Source of the DNA: Crocosphaera subtropica ATCC 51142
GTDB lineage: Bacteria > Cyanobacteriota > Cyanobacteriia > Cyanobacteriales > Microcystaceae
Direction of reading: 5' to 3'
DNA length: 32,000 nt
Assembly (NCBI RefSeq): GCF_000017845.1
Contig: NC_010547.1
Span: forward strand, 210,001-242,000
Shown here: positions 26,624 to 32,000 of the stretch, piece by piece
How the letters are laid out: each line of letters starts with the position of its first letter
Numbering within the stretch: position 1 is the stretch's first letter
Translations under genes and position numbers: made by a program
The notes under the pieces: model-generated
What the model was told of the DNA's origin: nothing
Seen by the model: only the letters and a program-made list of their open reading frames with translations
The model's database searches: none

Positions 26624-27751
26624 TTAGTCAAGTTCAAACTCAACTTTAGGCTGACGAAAACGGAACCAATGACAGAGAAAATTCCCTTGTGAACAAGCAG
26701 CACCATCGGGGACATTAACCCCGAATATCAATCCCAAAAATAAGCCAATAACAACAATAAGCGTAATAGAGATACCTGAACCAAGCCAAAATGAAATTTC
26801 TTGGTGCATAACCCGACGAGATTTTAGTTTCTGCTCAATTTCCTCTTCTTTAAGTCTTTTGGTGTCTTCACGAACCTTAATAGCTCTTTCATTTTCTTGT
26901 ACAAAGACAATAAGTTGCTGAATAACCAATTGACGGGCAACATGAAATTCATATTCCTGGTTGCCAATAACGTCTTTGGGCATCACATTTTTGGTTATGG
27001 CAGCTTGGAACTGTTGTCTAAATTCTTTGCTTTTGACAATGTTAACTAAGTTTTGGCGAACTTTATCTAAGATATGGGTAGCAATTCTTTTTCGTTCAGC
27101 TTGGGTAACACTAGCAAGATCCTGGAGAATGGCTCTGGTAATCTGTTGAGAAAAATAGTCCAAATGCTTGTTAAGCACTTCAGTCGGAACTAAGCCGTTA
27201 AGATCGAGTTCTAACTCTTCAATCAAATCATCGCTAGAAAACTTAACCTTTGAGAGGTCAATGGTTGTTGTTTTCTGTTTAGTTGAGTTACTCTGACTAG
27301 ATGATGATTCTACCTTTGTCGAATTAGTTGACTTAACGACATTTCCTTGTGAAGAGTTTCCTGCATCCTCATCATCAACAGTAATGGTATCAGCTTGTAA
27401 GGCTAAAGATTGAGATTGAGTAGATTTCGGTTGTTGATTAGTCGTTTTTTTCTTAAGCCCTTGATCTTGTGATTGCTCTACTTCATCATCATCAATGGTA
27501 ATAGTGTCGGCCTCGATTTTCAACGACTGAGATTGACTTATTGGTTGATCATCAGCAACTGCTAGACCTAATGAAATTGCATCATTGAAATCTTTGTCCT
27601 CATGAAGCAGACAACAGACGGTTTCAAACTGTTTAATCTGCTTAGGGTCAATATTATGAGGATTTTCTATGTTTAACTCATCTAATATTGATGGCAGTTG
27701 GTCAAGTTCGATGGAATAGTTATTGGCGATGCTAGTTAGTTTCTCATTCAT
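26624..27751 (-). CDS. Hypothetical membrane-anchored protein, long paralogue of the 27807-28451 product
   Basis: The N-terminal (MNEKLTSIANNYSIELDQLPSILDEL..) and central (AERKRIATHIL..EFRQQFQAAITKNVMP) modules align with the neighbouring gene. There is an internal duplication, QSQSL(K/A)(I/L)(E/Q)ADTIT(I/V)DD(D/E). It also has a coiled-coil extension and a C-terminal TM helix (GISITLIVVIGLFLGLIFGV). Confidence 0.65.
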   Translation of the reverse strand: MNEKLTSIANNYSIELDQLPSILDELNIENPHNIDPKQIKQFETVCCLLHEDKDFNDAISLGLAVADDQPISQSQSLKIEADTITIDDDEVEQSQDQGLKKKTTNQQPKSTQSQSLALQADTITVDDEDAGNSSQGNVVKSTNSTKVESSSSQSNSTKQKTTTIDLSKVKFSSDDLIEELELDLNGLVPTEVLNKHLDYFSQQITRAILQDLASVTQAERKRIATHILDKVRQNLVNIVKSKEFRQQFQAAITKNVMPKDVIGNQEYEFHVARQLVIQQLIVFVQENERAIKVREDTKRLKEEEIEQKLKSRRVMHQEISFWLGSGISITLIVVIGLFLGLIFGVNVPDGAACSQGNFLCHWFRFRQPKVEFELD

Positions 27752-27806
27752 ATAGATATAGCTTATGCCCCACCCCGTAATTAGAGTGGGGTATAGAGTA
27801 GTTCAG

Positions 27807-28451
27807 TTAGTTTCCAGGGAGGGTGAATTGAATTTTAGGCATCCCTTCTAATAGATGAGGGGGAACAATATCCTCAGTGAAAATATCCTGAAATTGTTGT
27901 CTAACTTCAGGACTTTGAAGAGCTTGATCGAATCTTTGACGAGACAAAGCTAAAAACTGCGCGATGACTCGTTGTCGTTCGGCATAACCAACCATAGCTA
28001 AACTTTGGATCAAACCCTGGACTTGTTGCTCGGAAAGAATAGCAATTTGCTCATCAGTCATGCCAAGTTGTTTAAGATCCACTTTCGGCTTAGACTTGGC
28101 GGTTTGATCTCGATTTTGTCGTGGCTGTTCCTCTTGAGTTGGCTCAGAAGTCTTTTGTTCGATATCAGTTTCGTGGTTGTCTTCGCTTTGTTCAATGGTA
28201 GTGGTCTGTGGTTCAGGTTGAGGTAGAGAGTCATCGGAAGGAGTTTGATTAATAGCCTGATCGACCACAGAAGCGATCGCATCATCAAGGGTTTGTCCTT
28301 CTTCGATTGCCATACAAACATATTCAAAGCCTTCGAGTTGCTTATCAGTTAAATGCTCGACATCTTTAACCTTGAGTCCCTCAAGAATAGCGGGGATTTG
28401 GTCGAAAGCAACAGAATATTTAGCAGCGATGGTTTGAAGTTTATCGTTCAT
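27807..28451 (-). CDS. Hypothetical soluble protein, short paralogue of the 26624-27751 product
   Basis: 214 aa. It has the N-terminal module MNDKLQTIAAKYSVAFDQIPAILEGL.., an acidic Q/E/P/T-rich linker, and the C-terminal module AERQRVIAQFL..EVRQQFQDIFTEDIVP. Confidence 0.65.
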   Translation of the reverse strand: MNDKLQTIAAKYSVAFDQIPAILEGLKVKDVEHLTDKQLEGFEYVCMAIEEGQTLDDAIASVVDQAINQTPSDDSLPQPEPQTTTIEQSEDNHETDIEQKTSEPTQEEQPRQNRDQTAKSKPKVDLKQLGMTDEQIAILSEQQVQGLIQSLAMVGYAERQRVIAQFLALSRQRFDQALQSPEVRQQFQDIFTEDIVPPHLLEGMPKIQFTLPGN

Positions 28452-28517
28452 GATTCACTCTTTGTAAGTTAGTTGACAAATTAGTGAGGAGTAAAAGAGA
28501 AGAGTAATTATCAGTTG

Positions 28518-28901
28518 TTAGAGGTCGTCATCTTCGACATCGATGTATTCTTCGGGATCTAACTCAGCGTTAACATAAGTGGGGGGTAATTCTTTGATAG
28601 AAGTATCATGCCCGTTATGACCATTCGGAGAGATAGCCTCACTGAGATGTTCTTCGCAACGATTAAGGGCCATTTGCATCATGGACTCAAATTGATTACG
28701 AGAAAGCATAATTTCTCGTTCAACGTCTTGACGAGAATAACCCAGAGCAGCTAACCCCACCGGTGCGTACACACAAGAGAGCGCATTAATCAATCCGATT
28801 CTCAGTTCAGTTTCAGGAGATTTAAGATATTTAGTGGCCACGCCGGAGCGTTCAGATACACAAAAAGTGGTATCGATTTTGAAACGGATTCTTTTGGTCA
28901 T
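28518..28901 (-). CDS. Small DNA-binding adaptor candidate, ParR-like (ribbon-helix-helix start, acidic tail)
   Basis: It lies 6 nt downstream of the actin-like ATPase gene. The N-terminal KRIRFKIDT is beta-strand-like and is followed by helices. The C-terminal tail is strongly acidic (DPEEYIDVEDDDL). The assignment rests on architecture and position. Confidence 0.4.
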   Translation of the reverse strand: MTKRIRFKIDTTFCVSERSGVATKYLKSPETELRIGLINALSCVYAPVGLAALGYSRQDVEREIMLSRNQFESMMQMALNRCEEHLSEAISPNGHNGHDTSIKELPPTYVNAELDPEEYIDVEDDDL

Positions 28902-28907
28902 GGTGAA

Positions 28908-30038
28908 TTAACCCCCCGTTTGAACTAAAGTTTCTTTTTGAAGTTTTGCCACAAAGGTTTTGTAATAACTAAAACAGTCAGCAAAACGATGAGACAGTTG
29001 ACTCCTTGCCGATTCTTGAATATCAAACTTCTGGATAAATTCGTCCATTAGAGAAGTACACCATTCAAGTTGAACGCCTTTTAACTGCTTGAACAATTGA
29101 TTAAGTTCCTTGGAGAAATAATGAGCCGTTCCTCCACTAACTAAAATTTGCTCAACGTCAGCCAGAGATTTGAACTGATGTCGTCGATCGCTCCAATATT
29201 GGGATTTAGCGTCTTTAATGGCTTGTTGCAGTAGTTCTATTTCTTGCTCACTCTTAGTCTGGGTAAGTTGGGCTAACACCTTAGACTTAAGATTGGGGCC
29301 AGCCTCATAAATGGTTTTGGCAGCTAATAATTCATGAGTAATGGGGAAAGGGAGTTCTTGCAGAAAATCGTGCATTCCCGTTTCTGGTAAAGTTTGGGAT
29401 AACTTTAAGTTCATTTTTCCCTTGTAAAAATATAACCAGCTTGAGTCGCTATGACCAATGATGAGAACCCCCGTAGGTTTAAAGGATGACGAATGTTTGT
29501 AAATCCCGTAACCTTCTGGCTTACAGTCAATTTTCTTTAACTGAATATTGTTAACTGGTTGGCCATTGTAATTAAACCCCACAGTGGGTTGAAGCAATTC
29601 TCGTAACCAACTAGCTAATAATCGTCGGTCTTCAAATTCGTCCCAAGGAAGTAAGATCCCTAAGTCTAATTCCATCAATTCTTGTGGATCTACTTCCTGA
29701 GTGACAAGATATCCGAGAAATCCTAAGATTTTAGCCAATAGATTTTCACACTTACGATCGCTTACTAATAAAGGCCCCGGACGAGTAGCTGTTTCCCCTA
29801 CATCCCAATAAACAGGCTCTTTATCAGAGGGGTCAACATAAGAAACCACTCCGGATACTCCCCTAGCGTCTTCAGAAAATTCTAGTTGTGAGCGATAACT
29901 CCTTGAAGTTAATTGTCTAACCGATGGATTAACCACAAAATACTTTTCAACCACTTCAAAGGGATATTCCACCGAACGATAACGAGCAATAATCTTACTT
30001 CCACTCGTTCCGGCATCGAACGAAACAATAGTCCGCAT
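28908..30038 (-). CDS. Actin-fold (ASKHA) ATPase, divergent ParM/StbA-like plasmid segregation protein
   Basis: Phosphate-1 is SFDAGTSGSK, the adenosine motif is ILVSGGTAHYF, and phosphate-2 is divergent (LIIGHSDSSW). At 376 aa it heads a minus-strand operon next to the relaxase gene. Confidence 0.55.
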   Translation of the reverse strand: MRTIVSFDAGTSGSKIIARYRSVEYPFEVVEKYFVVNPSVRQLTSRSYRSQLEFSEDARGVSGVVSYVDPSDKEPVYWDVGETATRPGPLLVSDRKCENLLAKILGFLGYLVTQEVDPQELMELDLGILLPWDEFEDRRLLASWLRELLQPTVGFNYNGQPVNNIQLKKIDCKPEGYGIYKHSSSFKPTGVLIIGHSDSSWLYFYKGKMNLKLSQTLPETGMHDFLQELPFPITHELLAAKTIYEAGPNLKSKVLAQLTQTKSEQEIELLQQAIKDAKSQYWSDRRHQFKSLADVEQILVSGGTAHYFSKELNQLFKQLKGVQLEWCTSLMDEFIQKFDIQESARSQLSHRFADCFSYYKTFVAKLQKETLVQTGG

Positions 30039-30101
30039 TTTTCCTCCTGGTATGGGTTCTTCTATAAGGGTTATGGGTAGTGAACCCCTAAATCGAACGG
30101 G

Positions 30102-30123
30102 TTTGTAACGAAATTGTTACAAA
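30102..30123. promoter_or_regulatory. Operator-like palindrome TTTGTAAC-N6-GTTACAAA upstream of the parM-like gene
   Basis: Perfect 8-bp arms lie at 30102-30109 and 30116-30123, 64 nt upstream of the parM-like start. The half-site TTTGTAAC recurs at 30362-30369 upstream of the relaxase. Confidence 0.35.
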
Positions 30124-30164
30124 ACAGAAAAACCCCCTTTTTTGTGGCCTTTATTTTGGAAAAA

Positions 30165-30194
30165 GTTGCTTTGATGTTGCTTTCCAGTTGCAAA
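30165..30194. repeat. Three GTTGC(T/A)(T/A)(T/A) direct repeats phased at 11 bp; parC-like iteron candidate
   Basis: Copies are GTTGCTTT at 30165-30172, GTTGCTTT at 30176-30183 and GTTGCAAA at 30187-30194. They lie in the divergent region between parM-like and relaxase genes. Confidence 0.35.
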
Positions 30195-30419
30195 TAAAAA
30201 CACAGATGGAAAAATTCCTTCGATGATGCAGGTTTTAGCCTTGTTTGCTACAATCTGGTTAACCGCGATTTTTCACTACACCCTTCGCCAAAATAATGGC
30301 TTGACAGAAATTTTTGTCACTACCTTTCTATGTACTACATTTTTGAAGTCTTATATACTACTTTGTAACCTGTTTGAAAGTTTATACGCTACGTTTTCGT
30401 TTAAGATTGTGAGGAGATT

Positions 30420-32000
30420 ATGTTGACCATTACAACGATTAAGTCTGGTATCAGAGAGAAAGAAGAATATTACACACAAGATGAATCTTTAGAACAACAG
30501 CCATTACAACAACAGAATCAACCCCTCAATAGAAACAATAAATTAACTCAGGCGGTTTGGTATGGACAAGGAGCCTCTGAGTTGGGTTTATCAGGCCCGA
30601 TACAACAAGAGGATTTTAAAAGTGTGTTTTATGGTTTTCAACCGAACGCCGATGAAACGATTCGACGTAAAAATAATCGTTTTGGGACAGAGCGTTTAGG
30701 GGATGATTTAACCTTCTCTGCACCGAAGAGTGTATCGATCGCACTTCATGTTGGTAATGATCTTCGGATATTCGATGCCCATACCGATGCCGTCAAGGAA
30801 GTCTTAGATGAAGTGGAGAAACGATATGCCCAAACAAGAATCTCGAAGAAGGGGAATAGAGAGATCGTTAATACCAATAATTTGACCGTTGCCATGATTC
30901 CCCACCATACTTCGAGGGATGGAGATCCTCAATTACACACCCATGCGTTTGTTATGAATGGCACCAAAGGTCCTGATGGAAAATGGCGATCGCTGTACCA
31001 TGAGGGTATGAGTCATAGTCAATGGCTTGGCAGTCTCTACCGTCAGAAACTAGCCACGAAATTACAAGATATCGGTTACGAACTCAGAGAAACGAAAGAT
31101 AGCTTTGAATTAGCAGGGATTAATAAACAACAAATCCAAGGTTTCAGTAAACGATCACAACAAATAATCAAGAGTATTCAGAAACGAGGCTTAGAAGTTA
31201 CCCCATCGAATCGAGATGTGGCAACGTTGACCACTAGGAAGTCCAAACAGAGAACCGCTACTCTCCAAGCCTTTCAGACCCAATGGAAAGCAGAGTCCAT
31301 TAAGATGGGAATAAAAGTTCCCCAAGCTAAGACCTTGAACCCTTCATCGTATCTGGGTTATGGCAGTTCTCAAGAGGCATTAGATTCTGCGATCGCTAAT
31401 CTAGAACAGAAGCAAGTCTCCTTTAGCCGGGAGGACATCTACCGTGATTCTTTTAGTAGGATACAACGATTCGATATTGCCCAATTAGACCAAAGTATCA
31501 ATGGACATGACAAGTTATTAGGAATAGAAGATAATTTCACTACCCTCACTGCCATTAAGAATGAGAGTAACTTACGGCAACAATGGGATGAAGGACAACA
31601 CAGTGTTCAACCCTTATCCCATAATGAGATGAAAGAAATTGAAAATCTTAATCCTGGTCAAACAGAGGCTCTCAGACAAACCTTAGCTTCGGAGGATGCT
31701 TATCAAATCGTCCAGGGGATTCGGTTTAAGCCGTTTATTGGGGAACTGGTTAACCAACTTAAAGATAGTCAAATTAAGGTAGAAGTTTATTCCCCGACTG
31801 AAACTGGGGCTGTTACTCTACAGAAGGGATATAGCATTGATGCTGATACAGTGGACAACGCTGGTGATTCTGATAACTTTGGTAATCATCAATTATGGGT
31901 CATTGATGAAGCTGAAAGTCTTGACTTGAGCCAAATGAGGGATCTGCTTAAACGGGCTAATTCGGAACAAGCACGATTAGTATTAGTAGGGGGGAATAAC
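30420..32000 (+). CDS. MOBF-family conjugative relaxase (TrwC/TraI-like), 5' part; continues beyond the window
   Basis: GAGGAG lies 4 nt before the ATG at 30420, and the frame is open to the window end. The N-terminal Tyr pair is EKEEYYTQDE and the His triad is HHTSRDGDPQLHTHAFVMN. A helicase-type LNPGQTEAL..WVIDEAESL..ARLVLVGG follows. It is absent from the ORF track because it has no stop in the window. Confidence 0.9.
   Translation, partial: MLTITTIKSGIREKEEYYTQDESLEQQPLQQQNQPLNRNNKLTQAVWYGQGASELGLSGPIQQEDFKSVFYGFQPNADETIRRKNNRFGTERLGDDLTFSAPKSVSIALHVGNDLRIFDAHTDAVKEVLDEVEKRYAQTRISKKGNREIVNTNNLTVAMIPHHTSRDGDPQLHTHAFVMNGTKGPDGKWRSLYHEGMSHSQWLGSLYRQKLATKLQDIGYELRETKDSFELAGINKQQIQGFSKRSQQIIKSIQKRGLEVTPSNRDVATLTTRKSKQRTATLQAFQTQWKAESIKMGIKVPQAKTLNPSSYLGYGSSQEALDSAIANLEQKQVSFSREDIYRDSFSRIQRFDIAQLDQSINGHDKLLGIEDNFTTLTAIKNESNLRQQWDEGQHSVQPLSHNEMKEIENLNPGQTEALRQTLASEDAYQIVQGIRFKPFIGELVNQLKDSQIKVEVYSPTETGAVTLQKGYSIDADTVDNAGDSDNFGNHQLWVIDEAESLDLSQMRDLLKRANSEQARLVLVGGNN

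Noticed and set aside
27768-27791. Hairpin CCCCAC-N12-GTGGGG between the two paralogous genes, considered as an intrinsic terminator
   Set aside because: No U-tract follows it on the transcribed (minus) strand, and the genes appear co-transcribed. At most it is a processing or stability element.
1648-28327. Many short ORFs in the track lie inside or antisense to long, motif-supported genes. Examples are 1648-1863, 1755-1964, 1871-2092, 2674-2949, 3136-3591, 4381-4914, 6018-7366, 8601-9377, 10197-10637, 13096-15515, 20669-22894, 26124-26306, 26961-27149 and 28005-28327.
   Set aside because: They are shadow ORFs fully embedded in much longer CDSs with clear family motifs. None has a ribosome-binding site or a recognisable motif, and their composition is typical of off-frame translation.
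30223-30426. 67-aa hydrophobic plus-strand ORF just upstream of the relaxase
   Set aside because: It has no SD and runs across the relaxase SD and start codon. It lies in a region better explained as promoter, oriT or parC DNA. A small membrane peptide cannot be fully excluded.

Overview
The window carries at least 18 perfect HIP1 octamers (GCGATCGC), so it is almost certainly cyanobacterial DNA, from a conjugative plasmid or ICE. All family assignments below come from motifs read by eye; no database search was run.

- **2-11250, plus strand:** a tightly packed type IV secretion (mating-pair formation) operon. It holds a VirB3-like fragment, a VirB4 ATPase, VirB5/TrbJ-like, VirB6/TrbL-like, VirB8-like and VirB10-like proteins, a secreted protein and two unknowns. 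An unusual four-copy inverted-repeat block follows, then a VirD4/TraG coupling protein.
- **11455-26436, minus strand:** a cargo defence island whose core looks like class 1 DISARM. It has an SNF2 helicase, an Eco57I-type N6-adenine methyltransferase, and a 1781-aa DExH helicase-DUF1998 fusion with a C-terminal Vsr/DUF559-like module. No PLD gene is present.
- **Selfish elements inside that island:** an orphan UPF0175 antitoxin, a vapBC pair, a mazEF-like pair, and a REP-associated tyrosine transposase with its GAGCATCTTGCTC palindromes. One palindrome copy sits in frame inside the methyltransferase. A 189-bp MITE-like element splits the methyltransferase 5' end.
- **26624-30038, minus strand:** an actin-like (ParM-type) ATPase with an RHH ParR-like adaptor, followed by two paralogous proteins of unknown function.
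- **30420-32000, plus strand:** the 5' part of a MOBF (TrwC/TraI-type) relaxase, running off the window.
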